Positions 10,085-19,445 of a DNA stretch of 64,000 bases are shown piece after piece (the stretch's first letter is position 1; every line of letters begins with the position of its first letter). Both the position numbers and the translations under genes were made by a program. Source of the stretch: Actinomycetota bacterium (lineage in GTDB: Bacteria > Actinomycetota > Aquicultoria > Subteraquimicrobiales > Subteraquimicrobiaceae); assembly GCA_030018275.1 (NCBI GenBank), contig JASEGB010000001.1:4380-68379 (forward strand), written 5' to 3'. The notes under the pieces are model-generated. The model had not been told where the DNA came from and ran no database searches. It worked only from the letters and a program-made list of their open reading frames with translations.

Positions 10085-11140
10085 TTACTCCCGTTTTCCG
10101 CCAATCTTTTGACTCGCAGCCGAAGGCTGGTAAATGCAATAGGGTTCCTCCTGCAGATAATCACCGGTTAAAGCATAAGCCCTGGCCCTGCATCCACCAC
10201 AAATCCTCTTATACTCGCAAATTCCACACTTCCCTTCGAGCTTCCGAAAATCCCTTAAATTCCTGAAGATTTGAGATTCAAACCAGATTTCTTTAAAGGG
10301 TCTTTCCCGAACATTTCCACAATCAAGTTCCAGGTAACCGCAGGGCTGAACTTTACCCAGGTGAGAAATGAAACAGAAGGAGATTCCACCCAGGCAACCT
10401 CTGGTCATGGCCTCAAGACCTTGGGTCTCGAAGCTTACCTTTTCTTTTTCCTTCCGAGCCCTCTGCCGAATGATGCGGTAGTAGTGAGGAGCACAGGTGG
10501 CTTTGAGATGTAGTGGTACCTTCTTCTGTCTTTCGTAGAGCCAGTTGAGCACCCTTTCATAATCCTTGGGAGGAATCTCCTCTTCCGCCAATTCCCTTCC
10601 CCTGCCCGTGGGAACCAGTAAAAAAATATGAAGTGCTACGGCACCCAACTTCACGGCAAGATTCAAGATATTCTCAAGATCATTCAGATTACGTTTGGTG
10701 ATCGTGGGAGCGATTTGAAAATCCACTTCCGCTTCCTTAAGATGCTCTATCCCCTCCAGGGCAGCTTCGAAGGATCCAGGCACTCGGCGAAACTCATCGT
10801 GTATTTCAGGAGTGGAACTCTCCAAGCTTATTGCGACCCTTTGAATGCCGGACTCCCTTATTCTTCTGGCGATATCCTTCGTGATCAGGGTACCGTTTGT
10901 ACCCATCACCATGCGTAAACCCTTCTGCACACCATGGCAAACAATGTCAAAAATGTCCTCCCTGAGTAGCGGCTCTCCGCCGGTCAAAATGATAATTGGT
11001 TGACTGAATTCACATATCTCATCGATGAACCGGAGGGCTTCCTGAGTGGAAAATTCATTGGGAAGGGGTTTGTCCACAGCCGAAGCTCGGCAATGAACAC
11101 ACTTTAAGTTACAGGCACCTGTTACCTCCCAGGCGATCAT
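10085..11140 (-). CDS. Radical SAM/SPASM protein, AhbD/NirJ-like (alternative heme biosynthesis)
   Basis: CNLKCVHC radical SAM motif plus a C-terminal SPASM Cys cluster. Embedded between hemB and hemL. Start placed at MIAWEV so as not to overlap hemB. Confidence 0.6.
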   Translation of the reverse strand: MIAWEVTGACNLKCVHCRASAVDKPLPNEFSTQEALRFIDEICEFSQPIIILTGGEPLLREDIFDIVCHGVQKGLRMVMGTNGTLITKDIARRIRESGIQRVAISLESSTPEIHDEFRRVPGSFEAALEGIEHLKEAEVDFQIAPTITKRNLNDLENILNLAVKLGAVALHIFLLVPTGRGRELAEEEIPPKDYERVLNWLYERQKKVPLHLKATCAPHYYRIIRQRARKEKEKVSFETQGLEAMTRGCLGGISFCFISHLGKVQPCGYLELDCGNVRERPFKEIWFESQIFRNLRDFRKLEGKCGICEYKRICGGCRARAYALTGDYLQEEPYCIYQPSAASQKIGGKRE

Positions 11141-11163
11141 CCTCAGTGGCTGCGCAGCAGTAT

Positions 11164-12135
11164 TTATTTTAGCCACCTGGCTACATCCTTCGCATGGTAA
11201 GTCAAAATTATATCGGCGCCGGCTCTCTTGATCCCTGTGAGTATCTCCATGACAATCCTCTTCTCGTCCACCCAACCCTTCATGGCAGCGGCTTTGACCA
11301 TGGAATACTCCCCACTTACATTATAAGCCGCCACTGGATAATTGAACTCCTGTTTGACTCTATAGATTATATCCAAATACGCGAGGGCGGGTTTAACCAT
11401 CACGATATCAGCACCTTCTTCGATATCCAGCATGACCTCGCGAAGCGCTTCCAAGGCATTGGGTGGATCCATCTGGTAGGATCTTCGATCACCAAATTGA
11501 GGAGCGGACTCCACCGCCTCTCGGAAGGGACCATAAAAACTCGATGCATATTTCGCAGCATAGGACATAATGGGTACATTTTCGTAGCCATTTTCATCCA
11601 ATGTATTTCTAATGGCGGATACGCGTCCGTCCATCATATCCGAGGGGGCAACCATATCCGCACCCGCTTCCACATGGGATAAAGCGGTCTTGGCTAGCAA
11701 CTCTAAAGTTAAATCATTCACGATTTCCCCATCTTTTACCATTCCACAGTGTCCATGGCTTGTATATTCGCAAAGACAAACATCGGTTATGACCAGAAGA
11801 TCTGATGTAACTTCTTTGATGGCTCGCACCGACTGCTGGATAATTCCATCTTCAGCATAAGCTTCGGAAGCTACTTCATCCTTCTTCTTGGGTATCCCAA
11901 AAAGGATAATGCCGGGGGTGCCCAGCTCTTCTATTTCTCTAACCTCGTCTTTCAATCTATCGATGGACCAGTGGAAATTTCCGGGCATACTTAAAATTTC
12001 TCTTTTAATTCCCTTGCCGTGAACGACGAAAAGGGGGTAGATGAGATCATCGACGCTTATCTTAGTCTCCCTGATGAGGCGCCTGAAGTTCTCAAACCTC
12101 CTTAAGCGTCTGGGACGATAAGTTGGGAAATACAT
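11164..12135 (-). CDS. hemB: Porphobilinogen synthase (ALA dehydratase)
   Basis: Typical HemB N-terminus (RPRRLR) and active-site lysine regions. 323 aa. Confidence 0.9.
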   Translation of the reverse strand: MYFPTYRPRRLRRFENFRRLIRETKISVDDLIYPLFVVHGKGIKREILSMPGNFHWSIDRLKDEVREIEELGTPGIILFGIPKKKDEVASEAYAEDGIIQQSVRAIKEVTSDLLVITDVCLCEYTSHGHCGMVKDGEIVNDLTLELLAKTALSHVEAGADMVAPSDMMDGRVSAIRNTLDENGYENVPIMSYAAKYASSFYGPFREAVESAPQFGDRRSYQMDPPNALEALREVMLDIEEGADIVMVKPALAYLDIIYRVKQEFNYPVAAYNVSGEYSMVKAAAMKGWVDEKRIVMEILTGIKRAGADIILTYHAKDVARWLK

Positions 12136-12155
12136 CTTTTACCTCAACTCCCTGA

Positions 12156-12359
12156 CTACTCAAATTCCTCCCCGCCCTTCGCTTCCTCTTTTGCTTGGGA
12201 TTTCTCCTCCGCTAAGGGTCTGGGAGCAAAATGATCGACGAGTCTTCTGAAATCTTTCCAGGCTAAAAATAAAACACAGACTAAGACCACGGGATAAAGA
12301 ATGGAGATAATCCAATTTGCCCACTGCAGGATTTGGATGTACAGCGGTTGTTGCATCAT
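12156..12359 (-). CDS. Small membrane protein (hypothetical)
   Basis: 67 aa with one TM helix and an acidic tail. RBS ggaggtgg upstream. Confidence 0.35.
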   Translation of the reverse strand: MMQQPLYIQILQWANWIISILYPVVLVCVLFLAWKDFRRLVDHFAPRPLAEEKSQAKEEAKGGEEFE

Positions 12360-12588
12360 TAAAATTCCACCTCCTCTTGTTTAAGCTCACAGCCCGACAA
12401 TTCCCTCTTCAATGCTTCGGTGGTTAAATGATTGAACGATTTGAACCACATTTTACAAGAGCTGGAAAAATACATCAAGCAATTGAATCTCAAATTCAAG
12501 TTTAGGAGGAATCAGCAAATTCATAAAGGGTGTTTGGCTTTTGGGAGGGTATTTCAAGAGTATTATCCGAACTAAAGTTCGTTATCCA

Positions 12589-12831
12589 TTAGACGAAATG
12601 CTCACTTCGGAGCGCTTCAAAATATTTCTTTGCAGCAATAGTCCATAACTGTGGGTCGCATCCATATTTTTGAATACGATCTGCGTCCACTACCAATATC
12701 TCTGGATATGTGTCTAGATAACTCATAACCCGTAAACTTACCTCCTCAACATGTGGCAAATCAAATTTTCTGGCTCCTTTATGAATAACTGCGTTTTCAC
12801 CTGGCCAAATTGTTTCAGCACAATTCTGGAC
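12589..12831 (-). pseudogene. Unidentified gene fragment on the 3' side of tRNA-Ala
   Basis: Open frame ...IWPGENAVIHKGARKFDLPHVEEVSLRVMSYLDTYPEILVVDADRIQKYGCDPQLWTIAAKKYFEALRSEHFV* with no credible start. Protein-like composition. Confidence 0.25.
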
Positions 12832-12863
12832 TCACCTTTGGGAAATAACTCTTATTCAACTTG

Positions 12864-12935
12864 TGGAGATGGCGGGATTCGAACCCGCGACCTCTTCCGT
12901 GCGAAGGAAGCGCTCTCCCCCTGAGCTACATCCCC
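12864..12935 (-). tRNA. tRNA-Ala (anticodon CGC)
   Basis: Cloverleaf on the reverse complement. Anticodon loop ttCGCac. G3:U70 wobble in the acceptor stem (ggggatg/catctcc), the alanine identity element. T-loop ggttcgaatcc. Confidence 0.8.
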
Positions 12936-13168
12936 CTGGCACCTTCGCGCCTTCCTACCTGTACGGGTGAGGACACTCGTGACGCTATTTTACCAGATGT
13001 TGTAAGCCTATCAAACTCTCATATAAAATTATATGTTTTATCGGACCCTTTGGCAAAACCATTCTGTAATTCAAGGAAACTAAAGTTTTTACCCCTTTTT
13101 ACTGATAATCTATACAAATAGTGAAGATAATTCACTAATGGTGAATACAGAAAGTAGGTTCAAGAGCA

Positions 13169-13339
13169 ATGCTAATCCGACTGTTCACACTCCTCAGAAA
13201 AGATCGTGGCGCTACCGCAGTAGAGTATGGAATAATGGTCGCCTTAATTGCCGTCGTAATCATCGCCACCGTAGCCCTTCTGAGAAATCAACTTGTGGCG
13301 GTGTTTGATAGAGTCGTTGCAGCACTATCCGGCGTATAA
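13169..13339 (+). CDS. flp: Flp/Fap pilin (type IVb Tad pilin prepilin), 56 aa, below track threshold
   Basis: Frame reads MLIRLFTLLRKDRGATAVEYGIMVALIAVVIIATVALLRN..., carrying the Flp motif G/ATAVEYGIMVALIAVV. Confidence 0.75.
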   Translation: MLIRLFTLLRKDRGATAVEYGIMVALIAVVIIATVALLRNQLVAVFDRVVAALSGV

Positions 13340-13365
13340 TGCAAAGAAAAATTCGACCCAAAACT

Positions 13366-13400
13366 TGAGACTCCGCCCACCTCACCTGGGCGGAGTCTCA
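13366..13400 (+). terminator. Perfect 13-bp stem-loop immediately after the pilin gene (attenuator/terminator)
   Basis: gagactccgccca cctcacc tgggcggagtctc. Pilin genes are commonly followed by a stem-loop that sets pilin:machinery stoichiometry. Confidence 0.5.
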
Positions 13401-13433
13401 CTCCCCAAAATGTTTGAAAAGGAAGTGAGCCAA

Positions 13434-13757
13434 ATGATAAGATGGAAAATTCTAGAAGAAAAGGGTACAAGTTCCGTTGAATTTGCATTGATACTTCCAA
13501 TTCTCATACTCATTCTTTTCAGCATTCTGGAATTTGGAATAGCTTACAATAACTACCTTGCGATCACCCACGCGGCGAGGGAGGGAGCGAGACTCGCCGC
13601 CGTTGGAAAATATAGCGAAGAAGTGGTAAGGGAAAGGGCGTATCTCGTGAATCCCACATCCATAACCATCAACTACCCCAACGGAAACAGACACGGTGAA
13701 CCAGTGGAAGTCGTGGTCAGGTACGATTTCCCACTGGATATACCCTTGTGGGGATAG
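13434..13757 (+). CDS. tadE: TadE-like pseudopilin
   Basis: TadE N-terminal motif (GTSSVEFALILPILILILF...EFG). RBS aaaaggaagtgag before the ATG at 13434. Confidence 0.7.
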   Translation: MIRWKILEEKGTSSVEFALILPILILILFSILEFGIAYNNYLAITHAAREGARLAAVGKYSEEVVRERAYLVNPTSITINYPNGNRHGEPVEVVVRYDFPLDIPLWG

Positions 13758-13830
13758 GAGACGATTCCCCTGATGAGTAAGGCACAAATGCGCATTGAGC
13801 TCTAGGGAAGTGGAAGGTGGAAGTTAAAGG

Positions 13831-15154
13831 ATGAAGCACATATTCAATTTGAATGAAAAAGGAGCAGTAACCATATTGGTGGCCTCTACCTTAGCTGCGC
13901 TCATCACGGTTGCTGCCCTCGTTGTGGACCTGGGGCTCTTATATCAAGAGCGGAGGCAGCTTCAAACGGCCGTCGATGCGGCAGCTCTAGCAGCAGCCAT
14001 TGACTTGGCGGAGGGAAAAGATGCAGAACAAGCCGAGGTTTCAGCGGAAAGGTACATCATTGAAAACACCAATGTATTTCCGGAGCAAATAACCATCGAT
14101 TATCCTGAAGCCAATCGGGTCAGGGTGATCTGTACCACCTCTAGAGACCTCTTGTTGGCAAAGGTTTTTGGGGTTAAAAATGCCCTCGTTAAAGCCACGG
14201 CGACAGCCGCCTATGATGTTGCCTCCAGTGTCAGCAACCTGGTTCCAATCATCGTTCCCATGCAATCGGTGACCACCCACATCGGACCGGAAAATGAAGT
14301 TCAATTTGAATTGGGAGAGGACAGACCGGTGGAATCATTCTCCAAAACCGCCACTATGGACAAAAATACCATAAAATACACCATTTCTTACATCAACACC
14401 ACCCATAAATTGGTGGATATCACCATCGAGGATCCCATTCCAAAGGGCGCTACTTATGTAAAAGGCAGTGTTTGTTAGCGGATGTGGTTGTTCCTGCTGC
14501 AGCAGTTGCACATGTTCCCAATGCGGGGGCTGCGACTGTGAATGTGGATGCTGTGATCGTTGTAAATGCCGTTGCTGCTATCACAAAGGCACAAATACCA
14601 TCGCTTGGATATTCCGGGATGTTCCCCCCGGCGAGCAAAGAACCGTCAGTTTTATGGCGACAACTAGTAGCTCCTCCGCGGTGATGAATAATACCGCTTA
14701 CCTTACCATCAGTGCCTCAAGTGAAACCAAGACAGCTTCCACCGCCGGATCGGCTCAAAAGGGATACTTCTGGCTCTGCGATTTCGATGCCGGGAGCGGT
14801 GGAACTCCCGATTTCGATGATTGGATTCGCCATGGTTACCCGGAGGAGGTATCCATCGGATTCGTCGCCAATGGTGAGGGAGTTAGGGCCGCCCTAAAGG
14901 ATGCCTTGGGCTGGAGAAAAGAATACGATCCAAGCGTCGTCTTACCCCTTTATGACCATACCAAAGGCGGTGGAAGCCCGGGTGAGTACCACATCGTGGG
15001 ATTCGCTGAATTCGTGGTCACCGATTTCGATTTCAAAGGAAATCCCAAGACCATCACCGGTTATTTCACCAACGGTACGGTGACGACCGGTGCGGGTGGT
15101 GAAGAAAAACCGCCTTACGACTTCGGAATTTGCGTCGTTTGGTTGGTTGACTAA
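13831..15154 (+). pseudogene. tadG: TadG-like pilus protein (Tad_N domain + DUF11 repeat domain + C-terminal domain) interrupted by a frameshift near 14465
   Basis: N-terminus has VVDLGLLYQERRQLQTAVDAAALAAA (TadE/G-like). A DUF11-type domain begins ...IEDPIPKGATYVKGSV and stops at TAG. The rest of the domain (TIAWIFRDVPPGEQRTVSF...) continues in the +1 frame after a 36-aa Cys-rich tract. Confidence 0.55.
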
Positions 15155-15223
15155 TGGCAAAGGAGGGAGGGGGAACAACTCACGGAAGGCAAATTCAAGG
15201 ATTCCTTTACGGCGGAATTATCC

Positions 15224-15670
15224 TTGAGGATTCCCCATAACATGGTGGCCATATCCATTCCCGTGGGCGAAGTGGTCGGCGTCTCGGACAAAATAAATCC
15301 AGGTGATCGCGTAACCGTCATAGCCACTTTCACACCCGGACCAGGAGGTTCCGATGTGACCCGCATCCTTTTGCAGAATGTAGAGGTCCTCGCGACCTCA
15401 GCGGAGATTCAGAGAACTTCTAAAAAACCGGAGATAGGCAATGCCTCAAGTCTGGGGAAGAAAACAATCACCCTTGCAGTTCCCCCCGCCAATGCCGAAA
15501 AACTGGTCTTCGCCGAGGAAAAAGGTCATGTTTGGATAGCACTAATGCCCACTAGCTGGGACGGACCAATGATGCTCAGCCTGTGGAAACACCGGGGCAG
15601 ACGATGGAATCTATCTTTAGGTAGAGAGGATGTTCTTAATGATTGCCTTAATCCTGGCCGACCCGGATAA
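15224..15670 (+). pseudogene. cpaB: CpaB/RcpC pilus assembly protein, C-terminal RcpC domain only (TM anchor and SAF domain absent)
   Basis: Matches the CpaB C-terminal half (AISIPVGEVVGVSDKINPGDRVTVIATF...). In-frame upstream sequence lacks a start and lacks SAF/TM. Starts with TTG. Confidence 0.5.
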
Positions 15671-16625
15671 AGATTTCGATAGGGAAATTCGATGGGCCTT
15701 GAAGGGTAATAAAGATATTTCCGTACGAGCCTTTGCCACCAAACTCAATCAAATCGAGGCTCTCGTGAAGGAGCACGCTCCCTGTGTGCTGTTGATCGGT
15801 CCAGGATGGAAAGGAAAACCCATCGCTGATCTGGCTAAAGATATAAGAGAGAAAACCAACACAACCGTCATTCTCTCGGTCAACGGCTCTAAACCATACA
15901 ACCAAAAGAAAGCCGCATCTGCCCACATGCAGGGGATCGATTTTCTCACCTTTCCAACTCGAACCGATGAGCTAATCTCCACCATCCAGCGGGCTTATGA
16001 AATCCTCAGAGAAACAATTGCTTCCACTGGGAATAAGGGCAAGATTCTCACTATCTTTAGCACCAAGGGTGGCGTGGGCAAAACGGTCATCGCTACAAAT
16101 CTCGCGGTCTCACTCGCCAGGGATCATGGAACCAGCGTAGTTCTACTCGATCTCGATCTTCAATTTGGTGACATTGGAGTGATGCTTAAACTCAATCCGG
16201 AACACACAATCTACGACGCCGCTTGCATGGGTGAGAATCTGGATATCGAGGTATTGAGCGGCTTTCTTGCCTCCCACGATTCCGGAGTTAGAGCACTTCT
16301 CGCTCCACTCCAACCCGAATTGGCGGATTTGGTAGACTTAAGGGACCTTCAGACGAGAGTCCAGCAAAAGCTGCAGGAGTTAATCTCTCAGGAAAAAACG
16401 ACTCTCACCCCTGAAGAAAAGATTCAGCTCGTTGAGAGCATTACCCACGATGTCTTGGGCTATGGTCCCTTGGAAGAATTCCTGGACGACCCAGAGGTCA
16501 CCGAGATCATGGTCAACGGTCCGGATACCATCTATATCATCGATGAGGCTCACTTAAGACGGATAATCGATAAGATCGTGGCACAGGTGGGAAGAAGGAT
16601 CGATGAGAGTGCAAACCGTCAATGA
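15630..16625 (+). pseudogene. In-frame fusion: TadZ/CpaE (receiver-like domain + first roughly 100 aa of MinD-type ATPase) joined to the CpaF/TadA N-terminal segment
   Basis: Walker A ILTIFSTKGGVGKT is present, but the MinD domain ends after approximately 100 aa. It then runs directly into the CpaF signature ...VLGYGPLEEFLDDPEVTEIMVNGPDTIYI...[14 protein letters not shown], then a stop. Confidence 0.6.
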
Positions 16626-17370
16626 TCTCATAAACTTTGGTACTATGACCAGGAGAATCGCTCTGTTCTTGGAAGCCTGCGTTAAGTGGTCTCCGGAGGA
16701 ACAGGATCGGGGAAGACCACGACTCTGAATGTCCTCTCTTCCTTCATCCCTCCGGATGAGCGGATTATTACCATAGAGGATGCGGCAGAGCTCCAACTTC
16801 ACCAAGAACATGTCATTCGATTGGAATCCCGTCCCCAAAATATCGAAGGAAAAGGGGGAAGTAACCATAAGGGATTTGGTGAGAAATGCCTTGAGAATGA
16901 GACCGGATAGAATCGTGGTCGGCGAGGTGAGGGGAGGAGAGGCCCTGGATATGCTGCAAGCCATGAATACCGGTCACGATGGTTCATTGTCCACGGTTCA
17001 CGCCAACTCGCCCAGGGATGTTTTATCCCGTCTGGAGACCATGGTCTTGATGTCCGTAATGGATCTGCCAGTGCGAGCCGTAAGGGAGCAAATCTCCTCC
17101 GCCATCGATTTGATCATCCACCAGGCGCGACTGCGGGATGGAACTAGAAGGATCACCCATATCACCGAGGTTCAGGGGATGGAGGGAGACATAATCACCC
17201 TAGAGGATTTATTCCTGTTTGATTTTTCCATGGGCGTCGATGAGAATGGTAGATTTAAGGGAACCATAAAATCCACGGGAATCAGACCGAAATTCATGCA
17301 AAAGTTGCAGAATCTTGGGATCACCCTACCCGTGGACGTCTTCCAATTTGAACTCTTTAGTCGAAAGTAG
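16624..17370 (+). pseudogene. cpaF: CpaF/TadA secretion ATPase remnants in three frames (frameshifts plus small deletions)
   Basis: Frame+1 reads [21 protein letters not shown]. Frame0 (16686..16910) reads [16 protein letters not shown]...[11 protein letters not shown] (Walker A). Frame+1 (16780..17370) reads [38 protein letters not shown]... No single ORF spans them. Confidence 0.65.
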
Positions 17371-17376
17371 GAGGTT

Positions 17377-18190
17377 TTGAAGATGCCTTTGGGTACCTTG
17401 CAGGGATTAACCACATTATTACTCATATCATTCATGGCATTCTTCCTGGCTTTCCTTTCCCTGCTTGGGATATTCTTCCCACAGACTTCCCTATTGGAGC
17501 AGCAATTGAAACCCTTTGAGGAAGCATGGCAAAGGTCTCGTGGGAAGGAGGAACAGAAAAAAGAGCAAACCAAATTCATCTTAAGCAGAATTCCAAGGAT
17601 AATCGCTCCCCTGACCGCCAAAAGAGGTTCGCTCAAGGACTTACAACTCTTGCTCGATCAGGCGGGGCTTCCCCTTCGGGCGTCGGAGTTCATGTTCTTC
17701 CACTTTTTGACCGTCCTCATTTTGGGAAGTCTGGATACACCTTAAGCAAGAGTGTAATCGTTATGTCCCTCATGGTATCCATTGCGGCAATCGCCCCCAT
17801 CCTCATAATCCAGTACTTGAAAACCAAGAGGGAGGGATTATTCCACGAACAACTCCCGGATACCTTGTCGCTGATAGCCGGGGCGCTTAAAGCGGGCTAT
17901 AGCTTCCTGCAGGCCGTGGACATGGTTGTGCAGGAAACGAAGCCTCCCCTGTCCACGGAGTTTAAACGGGTGCTAACCGAGGCGAGGTTGGGTCTCCCCT
18001 TGGAGGAAGCCTAAATAACATGGCCGAAAGGGTTCAAAGCATCAATTTTGACTGGACCATCATGGCCGTTAAAATCCAGCGAGAAGTTGGGGGAAATCTG
18101 GCCGAAGTCTTGGAGATTTTGGCCAATACCATGAGAGAAAGGGATAGGGTAGCCAGGCAGATACGGGTGCTAACCGCGGAGGGAAAGCTT
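17377..18190 (+). pseudogene. tadB: TadB (T2SSF-domain inner-membrane protein) split by a frameshift near 17740, with its last TM segment replaced
   Basis: Frame A reads ...LLLDQAGLPLRASEFMFFHFLTVLILGSL. Frame B reads ...LPDTLSLIAGALKAGYSFLQAVDMV...LGLPLEEA. Frame C reads MAERVQSINFDWTIMAVKIQREVGGNLAEVLEILANTMRERDRVARQIRVLTAEGKL. All are T2SSF motifs in order. Confidence 0.6.
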
Positions 18191-18920
18191 TTGATAGATG
18201 CAGGGCTAATGTCCCAGGACGAGTTGAAGGAAGCCCTTTTATGTCAACAAGAGCAACCCGAGAAGCGCCTAGGGGAAATTTTGATCTCCATGGGAATGAA
18301 GAAAGACTTGCTCGATCAATTCATAAAAGAACAAATAGAAGATGCCCTCTTTGAAATCTTCGATTGGAAAGAAGGCTCCTATTATTTCGAGACTAACAAT
18401 GTCCCCGAGGAGGAAGATATCGGGATATATATGAGCGTCGAGGATATCATAGCCGAAGCCACCAAGCGCCAAGAAGAGTGGCAAAAGATAAAAGAGGTGC
18501 TTCCCTCCCTTGACACAATGGTACAAATGTCTGAAGCTCCCGTTAAATCGAAAGAGGACATCATCATAAAGCCCGAAGAGTGGAAAATCCTGTACCTACT
18601 GGATAAGAAGAGGAGTGTCAAAGATTTTAAAGGATAAATCTCATTTGACATCCCTTTCACTCTGCAGGATTCTGGTCAGAATGATCTCAAATGGACTGCT
18701 TGAAATCGTGGCTCCCGAGGCAAAGGGGCAAGCAATGGAATCTTCGGGGGCAAATAAAGCCAAAAAGTATCAATCCACCGAGCCAATAACCGGCAAGTAC
18801 ATTAAAAATTACAGAGGGGAATCTAGGCAAAATATACCTCTTGAGTGGGCAAGCTACTACGCTAGACTGAACGAGATCGCCCATCAATTGACGGCAAAAC
18901 ACTATGGTAAAAAGAATTAA
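18190..18920 (+). pseudogene. GspE_N (T2SSE N-terminal) + DUF4388-like regulatory module, fused in frame to the TadB C-terminus and itself frameshifted near 18628
   Basis: LIDAGLMSQDELKEALLCQQEQPEKRLGEILISMGMKKDLLDQFIKEQ matches the GspE/PilB N-domain consensus. ...FDWKEGSYYFE...KILYLLDKKRSVKDF, then (+1 frame) LCRILVRMISNGLLEIV, matches the DUF4388 pattern. Confidence 0.45.
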
Positions 18921-18923
18921 AGG

Positions 18924-19427
18924 TTACTTTTTGACGCAGGACCAGGCATAGTCCTCAGCGGGAATGAGCCTTAATTCCTGCAACTTCCTGAGCATAGCAA
19001 TTTCGCTCACCCCGAAGAGATGAGCCAAAAATTTATAATCGTTACCCCAGTTATGAGCCTCCCTTATGACCATGAATGAGGGCATACAAAGCTCAGCGGC
19101 GAAAATATCGGCTTCACGGTGAAAATAATCTCTCTTGCTATTCTTCATTGAACAGACTTCCCCACCGTGAAGTTGATGATGGGCAATCTCGTGAGCGATG
19201 GTGAAATTTTTACGGCTTTGGGGCATTAATTTATTGAGAACGATGTAATAATCGCCTTTAATGTTCAGAAGAGCTCCGAAGAACCAGGTAGGAAGGGATA
19301 ACTCTATTATTTCTATGCCCAGAGAGCGTGCGATGTTGTATAGGTCCACGGGTGGATTCCTAAAACTAAATTTCTTCACCAAATCTTCCGCTCGCTGCCT
19401 CAAATACCAATGGGCATAGATAATCAA
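18924..19427 (-). CDS. ImmA/IrrE-family metallopeptidase (DUF955, HEIAH motif)
   Basis: TIAHEIAHHQLHGG zinc-protease motif. Sits immediately downstream of an XRE repressor, the canonical immR-immA arrangement of ICE/prophage regulation. Confidence 0.7.
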   Translation of the reverse strand: MIIYAHWYLRQRAEDLVKKFSFRNPPVDLYNIARSLGIEIIELSLPTWFFGALLNIKGDYYIVLNKLMPQSRKNFTIAHEIAHHQLHGGEVCSMKNSKRDYFHREADIFAAELCMPSFMVIREAHNWGNDYKFLAHLFGVSEIAMLRKLQELRLIPAEDYAWSCVKK

Positions 19428-19445
19428 TGGTGATCACCTTTCCAT

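Noticed and set aside
12861-13121. Track ORF of 86 aa on the plus strand
   Set aside because: It overlaps tRNA-Ala on the opposite strand and the flp promoter region. The N-terminus is the tRNA antisense. Judged spurious.
14480-14590. TG(C/T)-rich tract considered as another nucleotide-level simple repeat or phase-variation tract
   Set aside because: The TG dinucleotides fall almost exclusively at codon position 1-2 of one frame (Cys codons). There is no homopolymer or unit periodicity, so the signal is protein-level (a Cys-rich peptide), not a slippage repeat.
15630-16625. TadZ-CpaF junction as a sequencing frameshift of two normal genes
   Set aside because: The junction is in frame with no stop. 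The MinD domain is missing about 150 residues, so a simple indel cannot restore two full-length genes. A deletion-fusion is the simpler explanation.
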